Origin: an uncultured Chloroflexia bacterium
GTDB lineage: Bacteria > Chloroflexota > Limnocylindria > Limnocylindrales > CSP1-4
DNA length: 64,000 nt
Assembly (NCBI GenBank): GCA_963748625.1
Contig: CAVVJT010000002.1
Span: 64,001-128,000 of the forward strand
Direction of reading: 5' to 3'
The translations under genes were made by a program, and so were the position numbers. The notes under the pieces are model-generated. The model saw only the letters and a list, made by a program, of their open reading frames with translations. It was not told the origin of the DNA and made no database searches. Positions 9,662 through 19,322 of the stretch are shown here, piece by piece (position 1 is the first letter of the stretch; each line of letters opens with the position of its first letter).

Positions 9662-11215
9662 GTGCCGATCACCACCCCCTCGTGGGTGCAGGACGCCGTG
9701 TTCTACCAGGTCTTCCCGGACCGGTTCGCACGGAGCGGGCGCGTCCGCGCGCCGGGCACGCTTGAACCCTGGGACACGCCGCCCACCACGCTCGGGTTCA
9801 AGGGCGGGGACCTCTACGGCGTCGCCGACCATCTCGACCACCTCGTGGACCTGGGCGTCACCGCCGTCTACCTGAACCCGATCTTCGCCTCCGCCTCGAA
9901 CCACCGTTACCACACCTACGACTACTACCAGGTGGACCCGCTCCTGGGCGGCAACGACGCCCTGCGCGAGCTGCTGGACCGGGCACACGCGAAGGGCATC
10001 CGCGTGGTGCTCGACGCCGTGTTCAACCACGCCAGCCGCGGCTTCTGGCCGTTCCACCACGTCATGGAGTGCGGCGTGGCCTCCCCGTACGTGGACTGGT
10101 TCTACCTGGACGCCGACTATCTCGCCTCCGGCCGCACCCTGGAGGCGTACCCGCAGCGCGAGCTGCCCGTGCTCGACCACTCGACATCGCCGTGGCTGAC
10201 GAGGACCGGCGACTGGTCCAAGCGCGAGCTGGGCTTCCGGGCATGGTGGGACCTGCCGGCGCTGCCCAAGCTCAACGTGGAGAACCCCGAGGTCCGCGAG
10301 TACCTCATGGGGGTCGCGGAGCACTGGATCCGCTTCGGGATCGACGGGTGGCGCCTGGACGTGCCGGACGAGATCACCGACGACGACTTCTGGCGCGAGT
10401 TCCGGCGCCGGGTCAAGGCGCTCAACCCCGAGGCGTACATCGTGGCCGAGATCTGGGCGATCCGGCCGGAGGTCCTGCGGGGCGACATGTACGACTCCCT
10501 GATGAACTACCCGCTGGGCGCCGCGGCGCTGTCGTTCGCCGGCGCCGGGCACCTCGACCGGCCCACCGTGGATGCGCACGCCGGCGTCGGCACGTTCGTC
10601 CACGATGACGACGGACCTGCGTTCGCCACCCGCCTCGAGGAGGTCATCGGCGCCTATCCGCCGGAGGTCGCGGCAGCGCAGCTGAACCTCATCGACAGCC
10701 ATGACACCGCCCGCGCCATCACGATGTGCAGCGGCGACGCGGCCTCGATCCGGCTGGCCACCCTCGCCCAGATGACCCTGCCCGGCGCCCCGTCCATCTA
10801 CTACGGCGGCGAGATCGGCCTAGCCGGCGGCTTCGACCCGGACTGCCGGCGCACCTTCCCGTGGGAGCACCCGGAGACCTGGGACCGGGACCTGCTGGCG
10901 TTCGTCACTGCGGCCATCCACCTGCGGCACGCCACCCCGGTCCTGCGACGGGGCGCGTTCCGCATCGCCGCCGCCGAGGGGCCCGCCATCGCGTGGGTCA
11001 TGGAGGACAACACGTCGGCTGCCCTCATGGTGCTCAACAACGCCGACCAGCAGGCCACGCTCGCCGTTCCGGCAGCCTCGCTGGAGGGACGCACATTGCG
11101 GTCCGCCCCGCTCCCCGGCGACGCGGAGACGGTGACCATCGAGGTCCCCACCGACTCTGCCGCATCCTTCATGCTCACCGTCCCGGCCCGATCCGGCCGG
11201 GTGCTGCTCGCCTAG
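9662..11215 (+). CDS. GH13 alpha-amylase family enzyme (neopullulanase/cyclomaltodextrinase-like), cytoplasmic
   Basis: FYQVFPDRF, SNHRYHTYDY, DAVFNH, GWRLDVP, AEIW, DSHD. GTG 9662 chosen by parallel with the paralog start. Confidence 0.93.
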   Translation: MPITTPSWVQDAVFYQVFPDRFARSGRVRAPGTLEPWDTPPTTLGFKGGDLYGVADHLDHLVDLGVTAVYLNPIFASASNHRYHTYDYYQVDPLLGGNDALRELLDRAHAKGIRVVLDAVFNHASRGFWPFHHVMECGVASPYVDWFYLDADYLASGRTLEAYPQRELPVLDHSTSPWLTRTGDWSKRELGFRAWWDLPALPKLNVENPEVREYLMGVAEHWIRFGIDGWRLDVPDEITDDDFWREFRRRVKALNPEAYIVAEIWAIRPEVLRGDMYDSLMNYPLGAAALSFAGAGHLDRPTVDAHAGVGTFVHDDDGPAFATRLEEVIGAYPPEVAAAQLNLIDSHDTARAITMCSGDAASIRLATLAQMTLPGAPSIYYGGEIGLAGGFDPDCRRTFPWEHPETWDRDLLAFVTAAIHLRHATPVLRRGAFRIAAAEGPAIAWVMEDNTSAALMVLNNADQQATLAVPAASLEGRTLRSAPLPGDAETVTIEVPTDSAASFMLTVPARSGRVLLA

Positions 11216-11225
11216 AGGTCCCGTC

Positions 11226-12773
11226 GTGTCGATCACCACCCCGGAGTGGGTCAAGGACGCCGTCTTCTACCAGGTCTTCCCGGACCGCTTCGCCCGCAGC
11301 GGGCGCGTGGACCAGCCCGGTGACCTGGAGCCCTGGGACGTGCCGCCCACCTACCACGGGTTCAAGGGCGGCGACCTCTACGGCGTGGCCGACCGGCTGG
11401 ACTACCTGGCCAGCCTCGGGGTCACGGCGATCTACCTCAACCCGATCTTCTCGTCGGCATCGAACCACCGGTACCACACGTACGACTACCTCGAGGTGGA
11501 CCCGCTCCTGGGCGGTGACGCCGCCCTGCGCGAGGTGCTGGACCGGGCCCACGCGAAGGGCATCCGCGTGATCCTCGACGGTGTCTTCAACCATGCCAGC
11601 CGCGGCTTCTGGCCGTTCAACCACGTGCTGGAGTGCGGTCTGGACTCCCCGTACGTGGACTGGTTCTACGTCGACCGCGACCAGCTCGCGGCCGGCCGCC
11701 CGCTGCGCGCCTACCCCAACCAGTCCCCGGCAGAAGCCGCCCAGGAGTCGGGCGGCGCCGACCACTTCGGCCAGGAGGGCATCTCCTCGCTTGGCTACGC
11801 CGCGTGGTGGAACCTGCCCGCGCTGCCCAAGCTCAACACCGGCAACCCGCGCGTGCGGGAGTACCTCATGGGGGTCGCCGAGCACTGGATCCGCTTCGGC
11901 GCGGACGGCTGGCGGCTGGACGTGGCCGCCGAGATCGACGACGACGAGTTCTGGCGGGAGTTCCGCCGGCGGGTCAAGGGTGTCAACCCCGACGCCTACA
12001 TCGTGGCCGAGGTCTGGCACGAGGATCACCGCTGGCTCCAGGGCGACCAGTTCGACGCCTACATGAACTACCCGCTGGGCTTCGCGGCCCTCTCGTTCAC
12101 GGCGGCGGGCCACCGCGACCAGGCGGTCATCGACCAGCACGGCGACGTGCGCGCCGGCATCCGCTGGGAGGACGGGGCGGGCTTCCTTGCCCGGGTCCAC
12201 CACCAGCTCACGACCTACGACCCGGCGATCATCGCCGCGCAGCTCAACCTCCTGGGCTCCCACGACATGCCGCGGATCCTCTCGATCTGCGCCGGCGATC
12301 GGGCGGCGGTCCAGATGGCGACCCTGGTGCAGATGACGGTGCCCGGCGCGCCCTGCATCTACTACGGCGACGAGATCGGCATGGCGGGCGCGCATGACCC
12401 GATGTGCCGTGGCGCCTTCCCGGTTGACGAGGGTGCGTGGGACCACGCGATGCTCGCGTTCGTGCGCGGGATCACGGCCCACCGCCATGCGCACGAAGCG
12501 CTCCGGCGCGGGACGTTCACGCCGCTCGCCTCTCACGGGATGGCGGCCGCCTACCAGATGTCCCTCGGGAAGACCGTGTTCGTGGTCGCCCTCAACGCGG
12601 CCGAGGAGTCGTCCACGCTGGTTGTCCCGCTCCACGGTCATGACGGTGCCTCGCTCGTCCCCGAGCTGCCCGGGGGCTGGCCGTGGCCCGCCGGCGAGCC
12701 GGTCCGTGTCGCCGATGGCACTGCCACCATCAGCCTTCCCGCACGCTCCGCGCGCCTGTTCCGCATCCGCTGA
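11226..12773 (+). CDS. Second GH13 neopullulanase/cyclomaltodextrinase-like enzyme (tandem paralog)
   Basis: Same motifs: DGVFNH, GWRLDVA, AEVW, GSHD, YYGDEIG. Confidence 0.93.
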   Translation: MSITTPEWVKDAVFYQVFPDRFARSGRVDQPGDLEPWDVPPTYHGFKGGDLYGVADRLDYLASLGVTAIYLNPIFSSASNHRYHTYDYLEVDPLLGGDAALREVLDRAHAKGIRVILDGVFNHASRGFWPFNHVLECGLDSPYVDWFYVDRDQLAAGRPLRAYPNQSPAEAAQESGGADHFGQEGISSLGYAAWWNLPALPKLNTGNPRVREYLMGVAEHWIRFGADGWRLDVAAEIDDDEFWREFRRRVKGVNPDAYIVAEVWHEDHRWLQGDQFDAYMNYPLGFAALSFTAAGHRDQAVIDQHGDVRAGIRWEDGAGFLARVHHQLTTYDPAIIAAQLNLLGSHDMPRILSICAGDRAAVQMATLVQMTVPGAPCIYYGDEIGMAGAHDPMCRGAFPVDEGAWDHAMLAFVRGITAHRHAHEALRRGTFTPLASHGMAAAYQMSLGKTVFVVALNAAEESSTLVVPLHGHDGASLVPELPGGWPWPAGEPVRVADGTATISLPARSARLFRIR

Positions 12774-12823
12774 CACCCGCCGCCACCCGGCGGTCTCGAC
12801 CTGACCGGAGGGGATCCGCTCCC

Positions 12824-15800
12824 ATGGCTACCAGGAACCGCACCCGATCCGGCCGGATGGCCCGAGCGCTGCTCGCGCTGGCCTTGGGCAGCACCGTCCT
12901 CGGCGGCCTGCTGGCTGCGTGCGCGCCGACCGTGACGCCCACGCCCGAGGCGTCTGGTCCCGTGCCCTCGGCATCGGCGGGGACCGGGATCGTGCTGGCG
13001 GCCGACAAGGTGCCCCTCGCCCCCGACGGGGTCATCGACGAGGCGGGTCTCGCCCACGACAGCCGCGACGATGCCTACCGCACCCCGTTCGGCTCGGCGC
13101 CCGCCGGCTCCAGGATCACGCTCCGCCTGCGGGCGACCGCCGGAGACCTGACCGGCGCCACCGTGCGCGTGTGGGACGCGGGCCAGGAGCTCCAGGCGCT
13201 CATCCCGATGAAGGTCATCGCGAGCGACCGGACCGCGGGCGACCACGGCACCGACTGGTGGCAGGTGACCCTGCGCACGCCCGCCACCCCCACGGTGCTC
13301 TGGTACCGGTTCATCGTCACCGACGGCCCCACCACGCGCTACCTCGAGGACGATGCCGCGGCCGACGGCGGGGTCGGCGAGGTCTACTCGGAGAGCCCGG
13401 ACCTCTCGTGGCAGATCGTGCTCCACGAGCCCGGCTTCCGGACGCCCGAGTGGGCGCACGGCGCGACGGTGTACCAGATCTTCCCGGACCGCTTCTACGA
13501 CGGCGACCCGGCCAACAACCCCACGCCCGACGCCGTCCAGGGCACAGAGGGTGCGTCCCTCTTCCGCTACGGGGACGTCTACGGCAACGACGTGCTCCCC
13601 AAGGCATGGGGCGAGCTCCCCGAGGGCGCCTGCCGCGCGTGGCAGGGCGTCGAGTGCACCGAGACCCCGTGGGGTCGTGACTTCTTCGGCGGCGACCTCG
13701 CGGGCATCACGGCAAAGTTGGACGACCTCCAGGCGCTCGGCGTGACCGTCCTCTACCTCAACCCGATCTTCGCCGCGCCGTCGAACCACCGCTACGACAC
13801 GAGCTCGTACACGTTCATCGACCCGGACCTGGGCACGCAGGCGGACTTCGACGAGCTTGCGGCGGCCGCCAAGCGCCGCGGCATGCGCCTCATCCTCGAC
13901 GGCGTCTTCAATCACGTCTCCTCCGACTCGCCCTGGTTCGACCGGCAGCGGCGCTTCGCCGAGACCGGCGCCTGCGAGTCGGCGACGAGCCTCTACCGCA
14001 CCTGGTTCACCTTCCGCGAGCCCAAGCCCGATGAGCCGTCGCCGTGCGCCGCGACCACCGAGGGCGGCACCGACACCTACTACACCGGTTGGTTCGGCTT
14101 CGACACGATCCCGGAGGTCGTGGAGCAGGGGAGCGTGTACGAGCTCTTCACGGGCTCAGCCGGCATCGTCCAGGCCTGGATCAAGCGCGGCAGCGCCGGC
14201 TGGCGGCTCGATGTCATGGACAACCTGTCCCACGGCTTCATGCGCAAGATCCGCGAGGCCGTGAAGGCGACCGACCGGGACGCGCTCGTGCTCGGCGAGA
14301 AATGGGACGACGCGTCGATGTACCTCCTGGGCGACCAGGCCGACAGCGTCATGAACTACCGCTTCCGGCGGGCGGTCATCGGGCTTGTCAACGGCGACAC
14401 CGGCGACCTCGACGGGGCGATCGACGGCCTGACGCCCACGCAGTTCACCGAGGCGATGCGCTCGGTCCAGGAGGACTACCCCGACGCGGCCTTCGCCAGC
14501 CTGCTCAACCTCGTGGACAGCCACGACACCACGCGCATCCTGTGGACGCTCGCGCCCGGCGCCGACACCCCGGCCGAGAAGGAGGCGCCCGTGAACCTGG
14601 CCGTCGGCAAGAGGAAGCTGCGGCAGGTCGCGGCGCTGCAGATGACGTGGCCCGGGATGGCATCGGTCTACTACGGCACCGAGGCGGGCCTCACCGGCCA
14701 GGACGATCCCGACGACCGGCGCACGTACCCCTGGGACAACGTGGACACGGAGTTGCGCGACTGGTACCGGACGCTGGGCCAGCTGCGCCTGGGCTCCGAG
14801 GCGCTCACGACCGGGGACCTGGAGTTCCTGCCCGCCGATGATGCGGCCGGGATCGTGGCGTACGTCCGCCGCTCCCCGACACAGGCCGCGGTGGTCGTGC
14901 TCAACGTCTCCGACACTCCCGCCGAGGCTGCGCTCGTGCTCAACCCCTACCTGCCGTCGGGCACGGTCCTGACCGATGCGCTCAGCGGCGTGACGGTGCA
15001 GATGGGCGAGGAGCCGTCGATCGTCGAGGTGCCCGCGCGGGGCTCGCTCGTGCTGTTCACCCCGCCCGGCGCGGACCTCGAGGCGCCGGCCGCGGCGGGC
15101 GAGGTGACCGCGCTCCCCGGGCCGTCGATCGTGAACCTGTCCTGGGCGGCGGTCGACGGCGCCGCCGGCTACGAGATCTGGCGCAGCATCCTGCCCGGCG
15201 GTGGCTACGAGTCCGTCGGGAAGGGGACCGCGACCACCTACAACGACACCGACGTCCGCAACGGCACCCGCTACTACTACGTGGTGCGCACCGTGGACGG
15301 CGCGGGCAACCTGGGCGATCCCTCGCCCGAGGCCTCCGCTACACCGCAGCTGGAGCTGCTCGACGCGCGCCTCACCGGCGAGGCGGACGTCACCCAGGCC
15401 CTGTCCGCCACGCCCGACGGACGCATCCCGGCTGCGGTCAGTGCCACCGGGACGGCGGCCCCTGGCGCAACCATCGGCATCCGTGCCCAGGTGGGCATCG
15501 GTGCGGACACCGGCGATCCGGTCACCGACTACGCGTGGTCGGACATGACCTTCGCGTCGGACCTCGACGGAGCCGACATCCTCGAAGGGGTCGTCATTCC
15601 GGAGGCCGAGGGCATCTACACGGTCGTCCTACGCGTGTCCACCGACGACGGCACCACGTGGTCCTACGCGGACATGAAGGGCATCGTGGCCGCCGACGGC
15701 GCCACCTGGACCCACCAGGCCGAGTGGGCGCTCACGCTCACCGCCGTCCCCAGCGCGGACACGCAGGCCCCGCCGGCACCAGCCGCCCCCACGGTCGTCA

Positions 15801-16375
15801 CTGTGACCGACGCCTCGATCACCCTTGCGTGGACGCCGGTCAGCGCCCCCGACCTGCTCCGCTACGAGATCCTGCGTGGCACCGCGCCCGGCGGCCCGTA
15901 TGACCTGGTTGGCACGGCCATCGAGCCGGCCTTCACCGACAACTCCGTCTCCAAGGGCACCGCCTACGTCTACGTGGTGCAGGCGGTGGACACGGGCTTC
16001 AACCGCTCCGAACCATCACCGGAGGCCGGCGGCAGCGCCCAGACCCGGCCGGTCGAGGTGACGTTCACCGTCACCCTGCCGCCCTCCACGCCCACCAAGG
16101 AGACGATCTTCATCGCGGGCGACTTCCAGGGCTGGGATCCGGCTGGCACCCCAATGACCAAGGTGGACGACACGTCCTGGTCCGTCACCGTCCCATTCAC
16201 CGAGGGTGACGCCCCCCAGTACAAGTACACCCGCGGGTCATGGGAGGCCGTCGAGAAGGACGCCGCCTGCGGTGAGATCCCCAACCGCACGACCGCGGTC
16301 GCCTGGTCCGAGGGCGGCGTGATGGCGGTCGCCGACACGGTCGCCAAGTGGAGGGACGTGGACCAGTGCCCCTGA
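12824..16375 (+). CDS. Lipoprotein amylopullulanase-like GH13 enzyme with N-terminal Ig-like domain, FN3 repeats and C-terminal CBM20-like domain
   Basis: Lipobox LAAC; YQIFPDRF, DGVFNH, GWRLDV, GEKW, DSHD; FN3 signatures LSWAAV..YEIWRS and LAWTPV..YEILRG; C-terminal IFIAGDFQGW...YKYTRGSWEAVEK. Confidence 0.88.
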   Translation: MATRNRTRSGRMARALLALALGSTVLGGLLAACAPTVTPTPEASGPVPSASAGTGIVLAADKVPLAPDGVIDEAGLAHDSRDDAYRTPFGSAPAGSRITLRLRATAGDLTGATVRVWDAGQELQALIPMKVIASDRTAGDHGTDWWQVTLRTPATPTVLWYRFIVTDGPTTRYLEDDAAADGGVGEVYSESPDLSWQIVLHEPGFRTPEWAHGATVYQIFPDRFYDGDPANNPTPDAVQGTEGASLFRYGDVYGNDVLPKAWGELPEGACRAWQGVECTETPWGRDFFGGDLAGITAKLDDLQALGVTVLYLNPIFAAPSNHRYDTSSYTFIDPDLGTQADFDELAAAAKRRGMRLILDGVFNHVSSDSPWFDRQRRFAETGACESATSLYRTWFTFREPKPDEPSPCAATTEGGTDTYYTGWFGFDTIPEVVEQGSVYELFTGSAGIVQAWIKRGSAGWRLDVMDNLSHGFMRKIREAVKATDRDALVLGEKWDDASMYLLGDQADSVMNYRFRRAVIGLVNGDTGDLDGAIDGLTPTQFTEAMRSVQEDYPDAAFASLLNLVDSHDTTRILWTLAPGADTPAEKEAPVNLAVGKRKLRQVAALQMTWPGMASVYYGTEAGLTGQDDPDDRRTYPWDNVDTELRDWYRTLGQLRLGSEALTTGDLEFLPADDAAGIVAYVRRSPTQAAVVVLNVSDTPAEAALVLNPYLPSGTVLTDALSGVTVQMGEEPSIVEVPARGSLVLFTPPGADLEAPAAAGEVTALPGPSIVNLSWAAVDGAAGYEIWRSILPGGGYESVGKGTATTYNDTDVRNGTRYYYVVRTVDGAGNLGDPSPEASATPQLELLDARLTGEADVTQALSATPDGRIPAAVSATGTAAPGATIGIRAQVGIGADTGDPVTDYAWSDMTFASDLDGADILEGVVIPEAEGIYTVVLRVSTDDGTTWSYADMKGIVAADGATWTHQAEWALTLTAVPSADTQAPPAPAAPTVVTVTDASITLAWTPVSAPDLLRYEILRGTAPGGPYDLVGTAIEPAFTDNSVSKGTAYVYVVQAVDTGFNRSEPSPEAGGSAQTRPVEVTFTVTLPPSTPTKETIFIAGDFQGWDPAGTPMTKVDDTSWSVTVPFTEGDAPQYKYTRGSWEAVEKDAACGEIPNRTTAVAWSEGGVMAVADTVAKWRDVDQCP

Positions 16376-16432
16376 CGCCTGCCTGCCCGCCGGGGTGGCG
16401 GGGCGGGTGCTGCACGCGTATGCTCGGGCCCA

Positions 16433-17104
16433 GTGGCTGATCTCCTCGAGCGCGTCCCGCACCTTGCGTCCCGCCTCGCCGGCGTCATCGACGTCGAAGG
16501 CAAGATTCCGCGCGCCCTGGTCGGGCTTGGGCCGCTCGAGGGCCGCGATGTCGTGCTCCTCGACTCCCCTGGTGCCCCGTTCCTGCCGCTGGTCCTGGCG
16601 GCCGGCGCCGACCCGCAGGTGGTTGAGGTCGTCTCGCCCCTGGCCATCCCGGCAGCCGATACCTCCCTGGACTTCGTGGTGACCCTGTGGTCCGGCTTCC
16701 AGGGCGTGAGCGAGGAGGATCTGCAGGAGGTGGACCGCGTGCTGCGGCCCGGTGGGCGCCTGCTCGTGGTGCATGACTACGGCCGCGACGACGTGAGCCT
16801 GCTGCGTGACCCCGAAGCGCCCGAGTACCGGCTCTGGGGCCGGCGGGAGGGGCCGTTCCTGCGGGGCGGCGGCTTCCGGATCCGTGTCGTGCACTGCTTC
16901 TGGACGTTCCCCGACCTCGACGAGGCCAAGGCCGCGCTGGAGGAGCTGTTCGGGGAGCGCGGAACGGCCGTCGCCGACCGTCTGAAGCGGCCGCGCCTTT
17001 CCTGGAACGTTGCGGTGTACCACCGGTGGCGCGACGGCGTTGCGGCAGCCCCCGGGGACGCCCCCGACGACGGCGCGGACGCCGTCACGGATGGCGGCGC
17101 CTGA
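16433..17104 (+). CDS. Class I SAM methyltransferase-like protein with degenerate motif I
   Basis: SLDFVV...EVDRVLRPGGRLLVV is typical of Methyltransf_11; no clear GxG motif. Confidence 0.65.
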   Translation: MADLLERVPHLASRLAGVIDVEGKIPRALVGLGPLEGRDVVLLDSPGAPFLPLVLAAGADPQVVEVVSPLAIPAADTSLDFVVTLWSGFQGVSEEDLQEVDRVLRPGGRLLVVHDYGRDDVSLLRDPEAPEYRLWGRREGPFLRGGGFRIRVVHCFWTFPDLDEAKAALEELFGERGTAVADRLKRPRLSWNVAVYHRWRDGVAAAPGDAPDDGADAVTDGGA

Positions 17105-17174
17105 CGCCGCGACCGGCAGCCTGGCCCAGGCCGGTTCGGGCCGCCTCGGGCGCCCTCCTGCTACGCTCGGCCCA

Positions 17175-17633
17175 ATGAGCAGCCGCCAGCCGCGCGACCA
17201 GCGCTCCGGGGTGCCACGCCGGGCATCCGCGGGCGGCCGCGGGGCGTACGACCCCGCCACCCCCGACCCGGCCCGAGCGCCGGCGCCGTCGCGCAAGGGT
17301 GGTCCCCACATCGGCCCGCTCGCGATCACGCCGCTCCGCGTCACGCTCATGGTCGCGCTCGTGGGCGGTCTCGCGTTCCTTGCCTACTCGCTGCTGATCC
17401 GGGACGCCCTCCAGGTGCCCCTGATGGCGACCGGCTTCGCGGTCTGCGGGATCGTCATGGCGCTCATGGCGCTGCTCGCCCTGGTGGCGGTGATCCGTGC
17501 CGGTCGCGAAGGCCGCGATGGCACCGCCGTCCTGGCGGCGCTCGGCGGGGGGATCCTCGCGGTCGGGGCGATGATGTGCCTCGCCGCGGCGACGATCTTC
17601 GCCATGATCTGGAGCGGCACGAAGGCCGGCTGA
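17175..17633 (+). CDS. Small membrane protein (3 TM) with low-complexity N-terminus
   Basis: Hydrophobic segments; extended -10 TG-C-TACGCT 7 nt before the ATG. Confidence 0.72.
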   Translation: MSSRQPRDQRSGVPRRASAGGRGAYDPATPDPARAPAPSRKGGPHIGPLAITPLRVTLMVALVGGLAFLAYSLLIRDALQVPLMATGFAVCGIVMALMALLALVAVIRAGREGRDGTAVLAALGGGILAVGAMMCLAAATIFAMIWSGTKAG

Positions 17634-17732
17634 CGCCGGGACGTCGCGGCCGGCCCCTGTCGTGACCGGCCCCTGTCGTGACTGGCCCCGGAGCCTGCCT
17701 GCTACACTCGCCCGGCCCGTCCCCGCGCCCGT

Positions 17733-17809
17733 GCCCCCATCGTCTAGAGGCCTAGGACGCCGCCCTTTCAAGGCGGAGATCACCGGTTCGAATCCGGTTG
17801 GGGGTACCA
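17733..17809 (+). tRNA. tRNA-Glu (TTC)
   Basis: Acceptor stem GCCCCCA/TGGGGGT, anticodon arm CCGCC-CTTTCAA-GGCGG, T-arm ACCGG-TTCGAAT-CCGGT, encoded CCA. Confidence 0.97.
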
Positions 17810-17855
17810 CCGTCGCGACCCGCCACGGCGCTCGCCGATGCGGCATCCTGCAGGC

Positions 17856-18812
17856 ATGAGCATCGTCCCGTTCGCCGACGAGCACGTCCCGGCGGCCGCG
17901 GCCCTCGCCGCTGCTGGTGTCGAGCGCCTGCGCCGGCGCGTTCCCGCCCTTCCCGATGCGTGGACGGATCCTCTCATCGTCGCCCCGGTGCTCCACCGAC
18001 TCGTGGAGCAGGGGACCGGCCTCGCGGTCCTCGACGACGGCGAGCTGCTGGCGTTCCAGGCGGGCAGGGTGCTCGACGGGCACGGCGGCAAGTGGTCGTA
18101 CACGCCCGATGTCGGTCATGCGGCACCCGCCTCCGGCTCCGGGCGCATGCGCGAGCGCCTGTACACGGGCCTCGCCGAGACCTGGGTGCGGGGCGCCTGC
18201 CCGGAGCACGTGATCACCACCCTCGCGGACGACGGGGATGCCCAGGGCGTGCTCGCCCGGCTGGGCTTCGGTCACGTCGTGGTGGACCTGGTGCGCGACC
18301 TGGCCCCTGTGGAGGACGTGGTGCTGCCCGACGGTGTGCAGGTGCGTCAGGCGGAGCCACGCGACGCGGGTGCCCTCGTGACCCTGGACGCCGGGCTGCG
18401 CCGCCACCTCCAGGCGTCGCCGGTGTTCCTGCGCCTGGGACCTGCCCCGACGCTCGAGGTCCAGCGCAGGCACGTGGAGGACCCGGCCCAGGCCATCTTC
18501 GTGGCCGAGCGTGAGGGACGACCAGTGGCCTGCCTGCGTATCGGCCCGTGCGCCAACGACGTGGCGATGGTGGTGCGTGATCCGGGGACCGCCAGCATCA
18601 CCGGCGCGTTCACGGACCCCACCCTGCGTGGCTGGGGCGTGGGCACGGCGCTGCTCGCCGCGGCCGTCGCCTGGGCCGAGGAGCACGGGTACGCCCGATG
18701 CGCGGTCGATCACGAATTGGCCAACCGTGAGGCAGGTCGCTTCTGGGTCCGGCACTTCACGCCGGTGGCGCTCTCGATGGGCCGGCGGCTCGCGCACACG
18801 GCCCTGACCTGA
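17856..18812 (+). CDS. GNAT family N-acetyltransferase (probably two GNAT domains)
   Basis: PTLRGWGVGTALL acetyl-CoA motif A; NREAGRFW motif B. Confidence 0.85.
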   Translation: MSIVPFADEHVPAAAALAAAGVERLRRRVPALPDAWTDPLIVAPVLHRLVEQGTGLAVLDDGELLAFQAGRVLDGHGGKWSYTPDVGHAAPASGSGRMRERLYTGLAETWVRGACPEHVITTLADDGDAQGVLARLGFGHVVVDLVRDLAPVEDVVLPDGVQVRQAEPRDAGALVTLDAGLRRHLQASPVFLRLGPAPTLEVQRRHVEDPAQAIFVAEREGRPVACLRIGPCANDVAMVVRDPGTASITGAFTDPTLRGWGVGTALLAAAVAWAEEHGYARCAVDHELANREAGRFWVRHFTPVALSMGRRLAHTALT

Positions 18813-18838
18813 CCGGGTGCGGTGGTATCCTGCCTGCC

Positions 18839-19192
18839 GTGGAGATCATGGGCGTGACGATCCGCACCATCGTCAACGACAACGTCGCGATCCGCTGTGA
18901 CGGCTGCCGGGAGATCATCCCGGGAACGCCCTGGCGGGTGAACCTCCTTGACGTCGTCTCCCCCGAGGTGGCCGTCGGCTGGGCGGAGTCCACGCCCGTC
19001 AACCCCGGCCCCCACCAGTTCCACGGGGATCCCGCCTGCGTCAGGAGCTGGATGGCCGAGAAGGGCTACCTGTTCTGCCGCCGTGGCGAGGTGCGCGAGA
19101 TCATGCGCCCGGTCCTGCTGCCCACGGAGCCCGCGACCTTCGGTCTGTGCGACGGCATCCACCGCGACGATCACGAGTTCGTCCCGGCCTGA
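18839..19192 (+). CDS. Small Cys/His-rich putative Zn-binding protein
   Basis: CDGC...HQFHGDPAC and C...CDGIH..DH; GC3-biased codons; TG-G-TATCCT 7 nt before the GTG. Confidence 0.75.
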   Translation: MEIMGVTIRTIVNDNVAIRCDGCREIIPGTPWRVNLLDVVSPEVAVGWAESTPVNPGPHQFHGDPACVRSWMAEKGYLFCRRGEVREIMRPVLLPTEPATFGLCDGIHRDDHEFVPA

Positions 19193-19214
19193 ACCGGCGT
19201 CTGCGGCCCCGCGA

Positions 19215-19243
19215 TTGACGCGCGGCGCGACCTTTCCTACACT
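19215..19243 (+). promoter_or_regulatory. Sigma70-type promoter of the HTH/membrane protein operon
   Basis: TTGACG (19215-19220), 17-nt spacer, TACACT (19238-19243). Confidence 0.8.
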
Positions 19244-19265
19244 CGCCGCGCCCGGTCTCCGCGCG

Positions 19266-19290
19266 AACCTAGGTTTGCCTAGATTCTAGA
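19266..19290. promoter_or_regulatory. Candidate operator with three CTAG cores (AACCTAGGTTTGCCTAGATTCTAGA)
   Basis: Palindromes AACCTAGGTT and CTAGATTCTAG; direct repeats CCTAGRTT at a 10-bp period; AT-rich island in the 5' UTR. Confidence 0.6.
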
Positions 19291-19322
19291 CCCACGCCGA
19301 CCGGCTCCAGCCGGAGTCCCGC

